DNA of 64,000 nucleotides, taken from Thermoplasmatota archaeon (lineage in GTDB: Archaea > Thermoplasmatota > SW-10-69-26 > JACQPN01 > JAJPHT01). The stretch lies in the NCBI GenBank assembly GCA_035540375.1, contig DATLGO010000049.1, positions 1,618 through 65,617 on the forward strand, given 5' to 3'. Position numbers and translations under genes: made by a program. The number at the start of each line of letters is the position of its first letter. Position 1 is the first letter of the stretch. Below the pieces are notes generated by a model. The model saw nothing but the letters and a program-made list of their open reading frames with translations. It searched no databases and was not told where the DNA came from. Of the stretch, positions 34,731 through 44,975 are shown one piece after another.

Positions 34731-35818
34731 GCGACGCCCTCCGACGCGCGGCGCCGCAGGACGAGGTCGGCGAGGACGCACCTCGCGACGGCCTCGACGA
34801 CCGGCACGGCGCGCGGGACGATGCAGGGGTCGTGGCGGCCCTTCACCTTGAGGGTCGCGGGCTCGCCGGTCGCGAGGTCGACGGTGGCCTGCTCGCGCGG
34901 GATCGACGAGGTCGGCTTGAAGGCGACGCGGAAACGCAGCGGCATGCCGGTCGTGAGGCCGCCGAGCGCGCCGCCGTTGTGGTTCGCGCGCGTGCGGACG
35001 GCGCCCGCTTTGTCGACGACGTATTCGTCGCGGACCTCGCTTCCCCTCCGCGCCGAGATCGCGAAGCCGTCCCCGAACTCGACGCCCTTCACGGCGGGGA
35101 CGGCGAAGAGGGCGTGGGCGAGGAGTCCTTCGACCGAATCGGCGACGGGCTCGCCGAGGCCCACCGGGAGACCTTCGACGACGCATTCCACGACGCCGCC
35201 CACGGAATCCAGGTCGTCGCGCGCGGCGAGGACCTCCGCGACCATGCGCTCGGCGACGGCCGGGACGGCGCAGCGCGCGGGGGTCTTCTCCACGTTCTCG
35301 CGGATCTCGCCCACGCCGAGGGCCGCGTCCGTCGCGACGGCGCCGATGCGCACGGCATGCGCCGCGGCCTCGATGCCCGAAGGCTCGAGGACGCGCCGCG
35401 CGAGCGCGCCCGCCATGACGGCGCAGGCGGTGAGCCGGCCGGAGAACATGCCGCCCCCGCGCGGATCGTTGAACCCCTTGAACCGGACGCGCGCCGGGTA
35501 GTCGGAATGGCCGGGTCGCGGCGTGTCGCGCGCCCGTTCGTACGCGGCGGACTCCTTGTCCTCGTTCGCGAGGGTCATGAGGACGGGCGCGCCCGTCGTT
35601 CGGCCGTCATGCACGCCGCTCAGGATCTGGACCTGGTCCGTTTCGCGGCGCTGGGTCGTGAGGAGGGATTGGCCCGGACGGCGCCGGTCGAGGTCGGGCT
35701 GCACGTCGGCCTCGCCGAACGGGAGTCCCGGCGGGACGCCGTCGACGAGCACGCCCACGATGCGGCCGTGGCTCTCGCCGACGATGGACCACCGGAAGAG
35801 GCCGCCGAGCGTGTTCAC
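34727..35818 (-). CDS. aroC: Chorismate synthase
   Basis: ORF 34727..35818. FRWSIVGESHGRIVGVLVDGVPPG...GGRSSARET-like RRETD region. Confidence 0.9.
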   Translation of the reverse strand: MNTLGGLFRWSIVGESHGRIVGVLVDGVPPGLPFGEADVQPDLDRRRPGQSLLTTQRRETDQVQILSGVHDGRTTGAPVLMTLANEDKESAAYERARDTPRPGHSDYPARVRFKGFNDPRGGGMFSGRLTACAVMAGALARRVLEPSGIEAAAHAVRIGAVATDAALGVGEIRENVEKTPARCAVPAVAERMVAEVLAARDDLDSVGGVVECVVEGLPVGLGEPVADSVEGLLAHALFAVPAVKGVEFGDGFAISARRGSEVRDEYVVDKAGAVRTRANHNGGALGGLTTGMPLRFRVAFKPTSSIPREQATVDLATGEPATLKVKGRHDPCIVPRAVPVVEAVARCVLADLVLRRRASEGVA

Positions 35819-37080
35819 GACACCACCTCAAGGCGCGCGCCGAGACGCGCGAACTCCTCGAGGAAGCGAGGGTAGGAGACGGCGTGGCTCTCGTGGTCGT
35901 CGACCACCGTCGCGCCCTCGGCCGCGAGACCCGCGACGACGAGCGCCATCTCGATGCGGTGGTCGCCGAGGCTCGTCACCTTGGCGCCCGAAAGCTTCCG
36001 GCCGCCGCGGATCACGGCGCCGTCGGGACGCTCGTCCGCGTCGACCCCCATGAGGCGCAACTCGCTCACCATGGCCGCGATGCGGTCGGATTCCTTGTAG
36101 CGGAGGTGCGCCGCCCCCGAAAGGACCGTCTCGCCGCGCGCGTGCGCGGCGACGGCCGCGAGCGCCGGAAACATGTCGGGCGTGTCGGAGAGATCCCAAC
36201 GGATGCCCCGGAGGTCCCCGCCCCTCACGGTCGCGATGCCGTCGCCGGCCTTCACGTTGCAACCGAAGGCCTCGAGCGCGCCGAGGATCGCGCGGTCGCC
36301 TTGGCTCGAAGCCATGTCGAGGTTGGTGACCGTGACCTCGCCGCCCGTCACGGCGGCCGCGCACCATGGGAAGGCCGCGGACGACCAGTCGCCGGGGACG
36401 CGGTAGACCGCGCCGGCAAGGGCCTGTCCGCCGGGAACCGAGAAGCCGTCCGGCGTGGCCGCGGCGGCGCCCCCGAAGCGCGCGATCATGTCGAGCGTGA
36501 TGTCGACGTACGGCCGGCTCTTCAGGGGCGTCGTCAGGATGAGGTCCGTCGCGTGCTCGGCGCGGGTGGCCGCGAGAAGGATCGCGGACACGAACTGGCT
36601 CGAGACGTCCCCCGCGATCGTCGTTTCGCCGCCTTCGAGCGTGCCGCGGACGACGACGGGCGCGCACCCGTTGCCGCGCGTCGAGTACGCTTCGACGCCG
36701 AGCGGGCGGAGCGCGTCGAAGAGCGGCTGCATGGGCCGCCGGCGCAGGCTCGCGTCGCCCGTGAGCACCGAGGTCCCGGGCGCAAGAGCCGAGACGGCGG
36801 TGAGGATGCGGAGCGTCGTGCCCGAGTTCTTCGCATCGAGCACGTCCGCGGGGGTCGCAACGGCGCCGCCTTCGAGGCGCACGCGGTCCTCGAAGCGTTC
36901 GACCTTCGCCCCGAGGCGCTCGACGCACGCGAGCGTCGCGAGCGGGTCCTCGCTGAGGAGGGGCTCCACGACCTCGGAGCGCTCCGAGAGGAGGCCGAGG
37001 ACGAGCGCGCGGTGCGTGTAGGATTTCGACGGCGGCGCCGCCGTCGTTCCCGAAACCGTGCTCGGGGCGACCTTCAGCAC
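35815..37080 (-). CDS. aroA: 3-phosphoshikimate 1-carboxyvinyltransferase (EPSP synthase)
   Basis: GTG 37080 within ORF 35815..38211. PPSKSYTHRALVLG, LDAKNSGTTLRIL, RYKESDRI; 421 aa. Confidence 0.9.
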   Translation of the reverse strand: MLKVAPSTVSGTTAAPPSKSYTHRALVLGLLSERSEVVEPLLSEDPLATLACVERLGAKVERFEDRVRLEGGAVATPADVLDAKNSGTTLRILTAVSALAPGTSVLTGDASLRRRPMQPLFDALRPLGVEAYSTRGNGCAPVVVRGTLEGGETTIAGDVSSQFVSAILLAATRAEHATDLILTTPLKSRPYVDITLDMIARFGGAAAATPDGFSVPGGQALAGAVYRVPGDWSSAAFPWCAAAVTGGEVTVTNLDMASSQGDRAILGALEAFGCNVKAGDGIATVRGGDLRGIRWDLSDTPDMFPALAAVAAHARGETVLSGAAHLRYKESDRIAAMVSELRLMGVDADERPDGAVIRGGRKLSGAKVTSLGDHRIEMALVVAGLAAEGATVVDDHESHAVSYPRFLEEFARLGARLEVVS

Positions 37081-37952
37081 GATATCACCTCGGCCTTGGA
37101 GGAGACGAGCGGGACGGTGACGACGCGCGCGTCGCCGCCCGCAAGCGCGCGCGCGACGGCGTCGGCCTTGCCCTCGGGCGCGATCGCGGCGATCGCGGGA
37201 CCGGTGCCGGAGACGCTCGCGCCGCGAGCGCCCGCGGCGAGCGCCGCGAGCGCCGGGGCCGGGTCGATCCCGTAAAGCGCGCCGTATGCGAGGCCGTTCA
37301 ATGTCATCGCCTCGGCCCACTCGTTCGAGCGCGCGAGCGCGTGCGCGCGGCGCGCGACGGGGGCGATGGCGTCGTACGCGAGGTCGCGCACGGCGAGGGT
37401 CCTCACCTTGCGGTCGGGCACGCGCACGACCGCGACGTGGCCCGCGGGCGGAGCGTGCCGGGCGTAGACCTTGCGCGCGCGATTGTCCGTGACCGAGAGG
37501 CCGCCGTGGAGGCTCGCGGTCGCGTCGTCGAACGCGCCCGTGATCGTGACCTTCGCGGCGAGGGCCGCGTCGATCGCGCAATCGAGCAGGTCGCGCTCGG
37601 GGAGTCCCCGTCCTTCGAGGATCTTGAGCGCCTCGTTCGTTGCAAGCGCGACCGCGTTCGCCGCGGCGGAGGAGGACTTGAGGCCGCGCGACACGGGGAT
37701 GTCGCTTTCCGTCGCGACGCGCGCGCCGTGCGCGACGCCCGCGCGGACGCACACGCGGCGCACGACCTCGCGCGCGAGCGTGGGATCCTCCCCAGGGTCG
37801 CCGCCGATCGAGACCTCGATCGCGTCCGTCTCCTCGATGAGCTCCACCGTCGCCGTCGTGGAAAGGCCGACGGCCATCGAGGCGCCCTCGCCGGTCGCGA
37901 TCCCGTTCACGACGGAGACCGCGCCCCAGGCGCGCGCCCTTCCGACGCTCAT
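37074..37952 (-). CDS. aroK: Archaeal GHMP-family shikimate kinase
   Basis: ATG 37952 (ATGA overlap) within ORF 37074..39041. GHMP motif PVSRGLKSSSAAANA; 292 aa. Confidence 0.8.
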   Translation of the reverse strand: MSVGRARAWGAVSVVNGIATGEGASMAVGLSTTATVELIEETDAIEVSIGGDPGEDPTLAREVVRRVCVRAGVAHGARVATESDIPVSRGLKSSSAAANAVALATNEALKILEGRGLPERDLLDCAIDAALAAKVTITGAFDDATASLHGGLSVTDNRARKVYARHAPPAGHVAVVRVPDRKVRTLAVRDLAYDAIAPVARRAHALARSNEWAEAMTLNGLAYGALYGIDPAPALAALAAGARGASVSGTGPAIAAIAPEGKADAVARALAGGDARVVTVPLVSSKAEVISC

Positions 37953-39451
37953 GCCTCGACTCCCTGCGCAAGGAGCGCGCGGCGCATGACGTGGAGCGGC
38001 GCGGGGAGGTCCGTCCAGAGCGAGAACGCCCGCGCGCCCTGGTAGAGCAGCATGCTTTCGCCGCGCACGACCTTGGCCCCGGCCTTCTGGGCCCGGCGGA
38101 CGAGATCCGTGCCGCCCGTGCGGTAGGGCGCGTCGAGGAGCGCGAGGCTCTTCGGGATCGGGATGCCCGCGAGCGGATCCTCGCCGGGTTCGAGGCCGAG
38201 AGGCGTCGCATTCACCACGAGGTCCGCCTCCGCGACGAGCGTCTCGAGGTTGCGCCAGGACGCGGTCGCGACGCCGAGGACCTGGGCGGCCTCCTCCGCG
38301 CGACGGGGCGACCGGTTCGTAAGCGCGACGCGCGCGCCCGCGTCGGCGAAGGCGCGCCCGACGCCGCGCGCCGTGCCCCCGGCTCCGAGGATGAGGACGC
38401 GCGCCCCCTCCACGCCGATGCCGGCCGCCGCAAGCGCGTCGAGCGCGCCCGCGCCGTCCGTGTTGTGCCCGACGAGGTGGCCGTCCGTCGGGACGAGCGT
38501 GTTCACGGCGCCCGCCGCGCGCGCGGAGGCGTCGAGACGGTCGAGGAGGGGCAGGATCGCGGTCTTGTGCGGCACGGTCACGTTCGCGCCGAGGAGCGAC
38601 CGCTTCGCCGCGAGCCCCTGGATGGCCCGCGGGAGGTCCGCGGGCGCGACGTGCCAAGGAACGTACATCGCGTCGATGCCGGCGGCCTTGAACGCCGCCG
38701 TCTGGAACGCGGGCGAGAGCGAGTGGTCGACGGGGTCGCCGAGGATGAACGCGGTCTTCGTCGAGCCGCGCACGCGCGTGAGCGCGGCGTGGACGCTCGC
38801 GATCTCGTCCGCGGGAAGCTGGCCGGGCGCCGCGAGGGGCTCGCCCGGGATCGCGGCGTAGACGAGCCTCAATCCGAGCGTCGGCGCGAGGAGGCGGAGG
38901 GCGGCCTCGTTCACGGCCATGACCGCGGCCGGGTAGCCGCGGCGCCGCGCCTCGAGGCTCGCGTGCACGAGGGCCGCGAGATCGCGCGGCGACTTCGCTT
39001 CGATCGCGACCTTGCCGCACCACGCCCCGCGGTCCTTGCACTCCTTGAGGAAGGCGAGGATCGCGTCCGCGTCCGGCGCGGGCCCGTCGAGGACGTGCCG
39101 GGAGAGGATGACGTGCGCGCCGCGCCGGTGGGCCTGCGCGATGAGCCCGTCCGCGAAGGACGCGTCCGCCTCGACGTCGAGGTATTCGAACCCGATCTCG
39201 AGGCCGTGGATGAGGAGGTCGCGGCGCTCGGTCTCGCTGCCCTTGAAGGAGCCGCCTTCGCGCTTCGGCCGGATCGTGAGAAGCGCGGGTCGACGCACGT
39301 CGCGCGCGAGGAGCTCAAGCACTTTCCCGTCGAGCTTGTCGAGCCGATCCGCGCGGACCTCGAGAAGATCGGCCGCGTCGCCCGCGCGGCGCGCGGCGGC
39401 GATCATGGCTTCGGGCGTGGCTTGGGCGAGCGAGACGACGACCAGGGTCAT
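37949..39451 (-). CDS. aroD/aroE: Fused type I 3-dehydroquinate dehydratase / shikimate 5-dehydrogenase
   Basis: ATG 39451 within ORF 37949..40516; 500 aa. The N-half is LLEVRADRL...LLTIRPKREGGSF (AroD). The C-half is ILGDPVDHSLSPAFQTAAF...NVTVPHK...GHNTDGAG...ILGAGGTARG (AroE). Confidence 0.85.
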   Translation of the reverse strand: MTLVVVSLAQATPEAMIAAARRAGDAADLLEVRADRLDKLDGKVLELLARDVRRPALLTIRPKREGGSFKGSETERRDLLIHGLEIGFEYLDVEADASFADGLIAQAHRRGAHVILSRHVLDGPAPDADAILAFLKECKDRGAWCGKVAIEAKSPRDLAALVHASLEARRRGYPAAVMAVNEAALRLLAPTLGLRLVYAAIPGEPLAAPGQLPADEIASVHAALTRVRGSTKTAFILGDPVDHSLSPAFQTAAFKAAGIDAMYVPWHVAPADLPRAIQGLAAKRSLLGANVTVPHKTAILPLLDRLDASARAAGAVNTLVPTDGHLVGHNTDGAGALDALAAAGIGVEGARVLILGAGGTARGVGRAFADAGARVALTNRSPRRAEEAAQVLGVATASWRNLETLVAEADLVVNATPLGLEPGEDPLAGIPIPKSLALLDAPYRTGGTDLVRRAQKAGAKVVRGESMLLYQGARAFSLWTDLPAPLHVMRRALLAQGVEA

Positions 39452-39456
39452 GGTTT

Positions 39457-40506
39457 TCAGCGCTCCTCGATGGTTTCGGCGATCGCGGTACCGAAGTGGC
39501 GTCCGCCCTCCTCGAGCCGCACGAGGACGCGGTCGCCGGGTTTGAGGTCGACGACGCTCACGCCGTCGCCTCCGGGGCGGACGAGCCGGATGGTTTCGGC
39601 GTTCTGGAGAAGGGTCGTGAAGCGGCGGCCGTACGCCTCCGCGGCCACGAGGACGAGCGGTCGGGTCTCCATCTTCACGCGGCCGAGCACGACGCGACGC
39701 GCGCGACCGTCGGACGCGACGACGAGCGTCTCGTCGCCCGCGCGCATCTCGGAGAGGTACCGCGTCTTCCCGCCCGGCAGGAGGGCGTACGCGTGCACGG
39801 GTCCGGCGTTCACGCGGAAGGGGCGCGCGTTCACGTAGCCGGAGTCGAGCGTCTCGGCGTGGACGAGAAAGAGCGCGGAGGAGGAGCTGCCGACGAGGAT
39901 GCCTTCGCCCGGTCTGAGCACGCTCGCGGTGTCGAGGCAGACGCGGTCCCCGGAACCCACGGGCCTGATCTCGGTCACGGTCGCCTCGACGAGGTCGACC
40001 GCGTCGCCCGCGCGGGCGGCGAGCGCGTTCGCGAGCGCCACGACGTCGCCGGCGTCGCGCGGCGCGAGGACGACGGCGTCGACGCCGACCTCGAGGGCGT
40101 CGAGCGCGAGGGTCGCCTCCTCCACGGTCGCGGCCTCGACGAGGAGGCGCGTTCCGCGGCTTCGACAGGCGGCGATCAGGTTTTCGTACGGGATGATCTT
40201 CCAGTCGCGGGCGGCAACCAGCAGGCCGGGCTCGCGGCCGACGAGCGCGAGGGCGCGCGTCTGGTCTTCGGGCGTCGCGATCTCGACGCGCGCGGCCACC
40301 TTGCGGCCGTCCTCGAGGAGGGCGTCCTTCGCGAGGGTGAGGAGCCGGAGGTGGCCGAGCGACCTGAAGTCGGCTTCGCGACCGTGGTCGACGACGAAGG
40401 TCGAGAAGCCGCGCTCGAGCGCGGTCGTGAGGAGGCGCTTGGCGTCGGGTCCGGCGACGCGCACGAGGGCGCGCTCCCCCGCATCCGTCCGCGCGTTTGC
40501 CGACAT
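39457..40506 (-). CDS. aroB': 3-dehydroquinate synthase II (archaeal type)
   Basis: ATG 40506 within ORF 39457..41346; 349 aa. WKIIPYENLIAA...SSSALFLVHAETL...YVNARPFRVNAGPVHAY is characteristic of the COG1465 family. Confidence 0.8.
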   Translation of the reverse strand: MSANARTDAGERALVRVAGPDAKRLLTTALERGFSTFVVDHGREADFRSLGHLRLLTLAKDALLEDGRKVAARVEIATPEDQTRALALVGREPGLLVAARDWKIIPYENLIAACRSRGTRLLVEAATVEEATLALDALEVGVDAVVLAPRDAGDVVALANALAARAGDAVDLVEATVTEIRPVGSGDRVCLDTASVLRPGEGILVGSSSSALFLVHAETLDSGYVNARPFRVNAGPVHAYALLPGGKTRYLSEMRAGDETLVVASDGRARRVVLGRVKMETRPLVLVAAEAYGRRFTTLLQNAETIRLVRPGGDGVSVVDLKPGDRVLVRLEEGGRHFGTAIAETIEER

Positions 40507-40517
40507 GACACCCCACC

Positions 40518-41312
40518 TCACGCCTTGAGGGCCCTGAGGGCGTCGTCTACGCTCGCCCCTTTGAAAACGATTGCGGAGATGGCCCTCGTCATGGCCTCCG
40601 GGGAGGCGTGCTGCCACACGTTCCGTCCCACGGAGACGCCCGCGCCGCCCGCCGCGCGCGCGTCGGCGACCATGCGCAGGAAGGCCTCGGGAGACTCGCT
40701 GCGCGGTCCCCCTGAGATGACGACCGGCATGGGGCACCCGCGGACGACCTCGCGGAAGGTCTCGACGGAGCCGGTGTAGGGCGCCTTCACGATGTCCGCG
40801 CCGAGCTCGGCGGCGAGGCGCGTCACGTGCTTCACGTTCTCGACCGCGTGCGGGTCGCGGATGTCCTTCCCCCGCGGATACATCATGGCGAGGAGCGGCA
40901 TGCCGAGACGCTCGCAGTCGGCCGAGACGCGGCCGAAGTCCTCGAGCATGTCGCTTTCGCGCTCGTCGCCCACGTTGACGTGGATGGAAACGGCGTCGGC
41001 CCCGAGGGCGACGCACTCCTCGACGGTGCCGACGAGACGCTTGTCGTTCGGGCGCGGATTGAGCGCGGTGGAGGCCGAGAGGTGGACGAGGAGCGGGGTC
41101 GCCCCGAGCGCGCCGTCGATCGTCCGCACGAGGCCCTTGTGGACGATGACGCCCGTCGCGCCGCCGCGGGCGACGGCAGCGACGGCCGCGCGCGGGTCGA
41201 CGAGGCCGTCGACGGGACCGTTCGAGACGCCGTGGTCCATCGGGATGAGGACGGCCCGGCCCGCGGCGTCGACGAGACGTCGCAGCCGACGAGCCTTGCC
41301 AATATGTGTCAT
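40518..41312 (-). CDS. aroA': 2-amino-3,7-dideoxy-D-threo-hept-6-ulosonate (ADH) synthase, class I aldolase family
   Basis: ORF 40518..41312. GKARRLRRLVDAAGRAVLIPMDHGVSNGP...GADIVKAPYTG (Schiff-base Lys context). Confidence 0.8.
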   Translation of the reverse strand: MTHIGKARRLRRLVDAAGRAVLIPMDHGVSNGPVDGLVDPRAAVAAVARGGATGVIVHKGLVRTIDGALGATPLLVHLSASTALNPRPNDKRLVGTVEECVALGADAVSIHVNVGDERESDMLEDFGRVSADCERLGMPLLAMMYPRGKDIRDPHAVENVKHVTRLAAELGADIVKAPYTGSVETFREVVRGCPMPVVISGGPRSESPEAFLRMVADARAAGGAGVSVGRNVWQHASPEAMTRAISAIVFKGASVDDALRALKA

Positions 41313-41344
41313 GGGGTGATCCCGGCTTGAGAGTGAAAGCTCCC

Positions 41345-41353
41345 AAATTTAAG
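41345..41353. promoter_or_regulatory. AT island (AAATTTAAG / CTTAAATTT), TATA candidate for the aro cluster in the divergent intergenic region
   Basis: About 35 nt upstream of the aroA' ATG (41312) on the minus strand. A second AT island, CACATATGTACAATG (41391..41405), faces the ACT-domain gene. Confidence 0.35.
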
Positions 41354-41467
41354 CTTTCCTTTCAAACGCCTGGAAGCGTGGATCGCTCCCCACATATGTA
41401 CAATGCGCTGTCCCGAAGTGCACCTTCCTGCGCAATCTCCATGGTCCCTTGCACGAATCTGGGCATC

Positions 41468-41968
41468 ATGTGGGACCTCCTGACGCGCCACTTCGCCCGT
41501 TTTCCCGCCCAAAGCCGCGTCGCCCAGGCGCTCCTCGCCCACGGTTTCGCGGTTCGCGCGGACGGCATCTTTGCGGGCCGCGTCGCGGTCTCGGACATGG
41601 CGCTCGCGCGCGCCGTCGGCGTGGACCGGCGCATCATCGGCGCGACGATCGAGACGATCCGCCGCACGCCGGACCTCGCGCGCGTGTACGAGCGCCTCCT
41701 GCCGACTTGCCACCTCAAGGACGCGGCGCCCGCCCTCGGCTGGGGCGCGATCGAGATCGTCCCGAGCGACGCGCGAAAGCCGGGCATCCTCGCGGACGTC
41801 GCGCGCGTCCTCGCCGAGCACGGCCTCTCGATCCGCCAGGCGATCGTGGACGATCCCGACCTCGTCGAGGAGCCCCGCCTGCACGTCGTGACGGAATCCG
41901 CCGTCCCGCTCGACGCGATCGCGGAGATCCGCCAGGCCGTCGGCGTGAAGTCCGTCGTGATCCACTGA
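41468..41968 (+). CDS. ACT-domain predicted regulator of amino-acid metabolism (COG2150-like)
   Basis: ATG 41468 within ORF 41306..41968. MWDLLTRHFARFPAQSRVAQALLAHGFAV...ARAVGVDRRIIGATIETI, then an ACT-like GILADVARVLAEHGLSIRQAIV. Confidence 0.55.
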   Translation: MWDLLTRHFARFPAQSRVAQALLAHGFAVRADGIFAGRVAVSDMALARAVGVDRRIIGATIETIRRTPDLARVYERLLPTCHLKDAAPALGWGAIEIVPSDARKPGILADVARVLAEHGLSIRQAIVDDPDLVEEPRLHVVTESAVPLDAIAEIRQAVGVKSVVIH

Positions 41969-42005
41969 GCGCAACGCTTTCAAAGCGCGAGGCCCTCCCG
42001 CGCTC

Positions 42006-42389
42006 GTGCCCGCCCGACCCCGCGCGCCGCGCGCCCGGTTCACGCTCGCAACGCTCCACGTCCGACGCTTCGCGGAATGCCGCGCCTTCTACAAGGACGT
42101 CATCGGCCTCCCCGAGCGCCGCGCCCTGCCCCGCGCGAAGTGGGCCGAGTTCGGTCCCGCCCGCGGCGTCGCGATCGCGATCCACGAGCGGCAGGAGGGC
42201 GAAGGCGGCCGCAGGGTCGGCGGCCCGAGCGGCCTCTTCCTCGACGTCGCGGACGCGGAGAAGGCCCACGCGGCGTACGTCGCGCGCGGCGCGCAGACGT
42301 CCTATCCGCCGGCGCGCGCGCCCTGGGGCGGCGTCGTCTTCGGCCTGCTCGACCCCGACGGCAACGAGATCAACTTCACGGGACCCTAA
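42006..42389 (+). CDS. VOC (glyoxalase/bleomycin-resistance/dioxygenase) family protein
   Basis: ORF 42006..42389. FYKDVIGLPE...GGVVFGLLDPDGNEINF. Confidence 0.6.
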   Translation: MPARPRAPRARFTLATLHVRRFAECRAFYKDVIGLPERRALPRAKWAEFGPARGVAIAIHERQEGEGGRRVGGPSGLFLDVADAEKAHAAYVARGAQTSYPPARAPWGGVVFGLLDPDGNEINFTGP

Positions 42390-43153
42390 CGCAGGGACGC
42401 GGCGAAGCGGGCGAGGTCCGCCGGCGCGACGCGCTCGGCGACCCGCGAGACGAAGGCGCTCCCGACGATGACGCCGTCCGCCCCCGCTTGCGCGAGCGTC
42501 TTCACGTGCTCGGCCTTCGAGACGCCGAATCCCACCGCGACCGGCGTCTTGCCGGCGGCGCGCTTCGCCGTCCGCACGAGGTCGGAGACGCGCGGGTCGA
42601 GGTCGCCCCGCGCGCCCGTGACGCCGTAGCCGCTCACGAGGTAGAGGAAGCCGCGCGTCGCCTCGGCGAGCTTCGCCATGCGCGCCGGGGGCGTCGCGGG
42701 CGAGGCGAGCTGCACGAGGTCGAGGTCCGCCGCGTCGAAAGCCCTCCGCGCGGGCCCCGACTCCTCGAACGGGAGGTCGGGCACGATGACGCCGTCGAGG
42801 CCCGCCGCGCGCGCGTCGGCCGCGAAGCGGTCGAGGCCCGCGCGCAGGATCGGATTGTAGTACGTCATCGCGACCATGGGCTTCGACGAGGCCTTGCGCA
42901 ATCGCGCCGCGAGGGCGAGCGCGTCCGCGGGCTTCGCGCCCTTCGCGAGGGCGCGGGCGGCCGCGGCCTGGATGGTCGGCCCGTCGGCGATCGGGTCGCT
43001 GAACGGGACCCCGATCTCGAGCACGTCGACGACGTCGAGAAGCGCGCGCATGTATGCCTCGCTCGCCGCGAGGTCGGGATCGCCCGCGACGAGATAGCCC
43101 GCAAGGAGCGGGCGGCCGCCGCGGTCCGCGAAGGCCTTCGCGAGCGCGCTCAC
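42386..43153 (-). CDS. trpA: Tryptophan synthase alpha chain
   Basis: GTG 43153 (GTGA overlap with the trpB stop) within ORF 42386..43948. [33 protein letters not shown]. Confidence 0.9.
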   Translation of the reverse strand: MSALAKAFADRGGRPLLAGYLVAGDPDLAASEAYMRALLDVVDVLEIGVPFSDPIADGPTIQAAAARALAKGAKPADALALAARLRKASSKPMVAMTYYNPILRAGLDRFAADARAAGLDGVIVPDLPFEESGPARRAFDAADLDLVQLASPATPPARMAKLAEATRGFLYLVSGYGVTGARGDLDPRVSDLVRTAKRAAGKTPVAVGFGVSKAEHVKTLAQAGADGVIVGSAFVSRVAERVAPADLARFAASLR

Positions 43154-44352
43154 GCGCGGCCCTCCAGCTCCCTCATGAGGGTGTGCACGTCCTTGTCGCC
43201 GCGGCCGGAGAGGGTGACGACGACGTGCGCGTCGCGCGGAAGGGTCGCGGCGAGCTTCATCGCGTGCGCGACCGCGTGCGCGCTCTCGAGGGCGGGGAGG
43301 ATGCCTTCGAGGCGCGCAAGCGCGAGCGTCGCGTCGAGCGCCTCGCGGTCGGTCGCGCTCACGTATTCGGCGCGGCCGGTCTCCTTGTAGAGCGCGTGCT
43401 CGGGGCCGACGCCCGGATAGTCGAGGCCCGCGGAGATGCTGTGCGTCTCCGCGACCTGTCCCGCGTCGTCCTGGATCATGTACGAATAGGCGCCGTGGAG
43501 GACGCCGCGCGAACCCGCGCCGAGCGTCGCCGCGTGGCGGCCCGTGGGCACGCCGTCGCCGCCCGCCTCGACCCCGACGAGCCGCGTCGCCAACTCGTGG
43601 CGGAAGGGGTAGAAGGTGCCGAGCGCGTTCGACCCGCCCCCGACGCACGCGACGAGCGCGTCGGGGAAGCGGCCGAAGCTTTCGACGGACTGCCGCCGGA
43701 TCTCCTCGCCGATCACCTTCTGGAAGTCGCGCACGATCTTCGGGTAGGGGTGCGGGCCCACGACGGATCCGATGCAGTAGTAGGTCGACTCCACGTTCGT
43801 GACCCAATCGCGCAGGGCCTCGTTCACGGCGTCCTTGAGCGTCCTCGCGCCGGACTCCACCGGGTGGACCTTCGCGCCCATGAGGCGCATGCGGAAGACG
43901 TTGAGCGCCTGGCGCTCGACGTCCTTCGCGCCCATGTACACCTCGCACGGGAGGCCGAGCACCGCGGCGGCCATCGCGCTTGCGACGCCGTGCTGGCCCG
44001 CGCCCGTCTCGGCGATGAGGCGCGTCTTCCCCATCTCGGCCGCAAGAAGCGCCTGGCCCATGACGTTGTTGAACTTGTGGGCGCCGCCGTGCACGAGATC
44101 CTCGCGCTTGAGCCAGATCGCGGCGCCGCCCGCCTTCCCGGTGAGGCGGCGCGCGGGGTAAAGCGGCGTTGGCCGTCCGCCGTAGCGCGCGTTGAAGTCG
44201 GCAAGGCGCGCGCGGAAGGCGTCCGACGAGGCGATGCGCCCGTACGCCTCCTCGAGCTCAAGGAGCGCGGGCATGAGCGTCTCGGGGACGAAGCGGCCGC
44301 CGAACGGCCCGAACTTGCCGTCGGCGTCCGGCTCGTCGGGGAGAGGCTTCAC
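43150..44352 (-). CDS. trpB: Tryptophan synthase beta chain
   Basis: GTG 44352 (GTGA overlap with the trpF stop) within ORF 43150..45150. [16 protein letters not shown] (PLP Lys), [15 protein letters not shown]. Confidence 0.92.
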   Translation of the reverse strand: MKPLPDEPDADGKFGPFGGRFVPETLMPALLELEEAYGRIASSDAFRARLADFNARYGGRPTPLYPARRLTGKAGGAAIWLKREDLVHGGAHKFNNVMGQALLAAEMGKTRLIAETGAGQHGVASAMAAAVLGLPCEVYMGAKDVERQALNVFRMRLMGAKVHPVESGARTLKDAVNEALRDWVTNVESTYYCIGSVVGPHPYPKIVRDFQKVIGEEIRRQSVESFGRFPDALVACVGGGSNALGTFYPFRHELATRLVGVEAGGDGVPTGRHAATLGAGSRGVLHGAYSYMIQDDAGQVAETHSISAGLDYPGVGPEHALYKETGRAEYVSATDREALDATLALARLEGILPALESAHAVAHAMKLAATLPRDAHVVVTLSGRGDKDVHTLMRELEGRA

Positions 44353-44975
44353 GCGCCGGCCCCCCTCGCTGCGGCGATGAAGGCGCGCACGCGCGCCGCG
44401 TCCTTGCGCCCCGGCGCGCTCTCGACGCCGGAGGCAACGTCGACCGCGTAGGCGCCCGTCGTCTGCACGGCCGCCGCCACGTTCTCGGGCGTGAGACCGC
44501 CAGCGACGATGACGGGCGTCGGCGCGAGGCGCTCGACAATGCGCGCGGCGCGCGCGAGGTCGAGCGGGCGGCCCGTGCCGCCGTAGCCGCCTTCGGCGCG
44601 CGCGTCGAGGTGGAGCGCGTGGAAGCCCTCGGGGACGCCCGCCTCGTGCTCGACGCCGCGCGAGAGGACGAATCGGAGCGCGGGGTTGCGCCTGCGCAAG
44701 CCCTCGACGACGCGCGGCTCGACGCGGCCGTGGAGCTGCAGCGCCTGCGGACGCACGGTCTCGACGATGGTCTCGAGCACCTTCGGATCCTCTGTCACGG
44801 TGACCGCGTAGGTGACCTGGAAGGGGGTCGCGAGGTCCGCGAGCGTGCGCGCGCGCTCGAGGCCGACCTCGCGCGGGCTCTCGGGGCTCGCGACGACGAA
44901 GCCGACCGCGTCCGCCGCGCGCGCGGCGTGGACGTCCTCGGCGCGCGTGAGGCCGCAGATCTTCACGCGCGTCAT
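44349..44975 (-). CDS. trpF: N-(5'-phosphoribosyl)anthranilate isomerase
   Basis: ORF 44349..44975. [15 protein letters not shown]...[12 protein letters not shown]. Confidence 0.85.
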   Translation of the reverse strand: MTRVKICGLTRAEDVHAARAADAVGFVVASPESPREVGLERARTLADLATPFQVTYAVTVTEDPKVLETIVETVRPQALQLHGRVEPRVVEGLRRRNPALRFVLSRGVEHEAGVPEGFHALHLDARAEGGYGGTGRPLDLARAARIVERLAPTPVIVAGGLTPENVAAAVQTTGAYAVDVASGVESAPGRKDAARVRAFIAAARGAGA

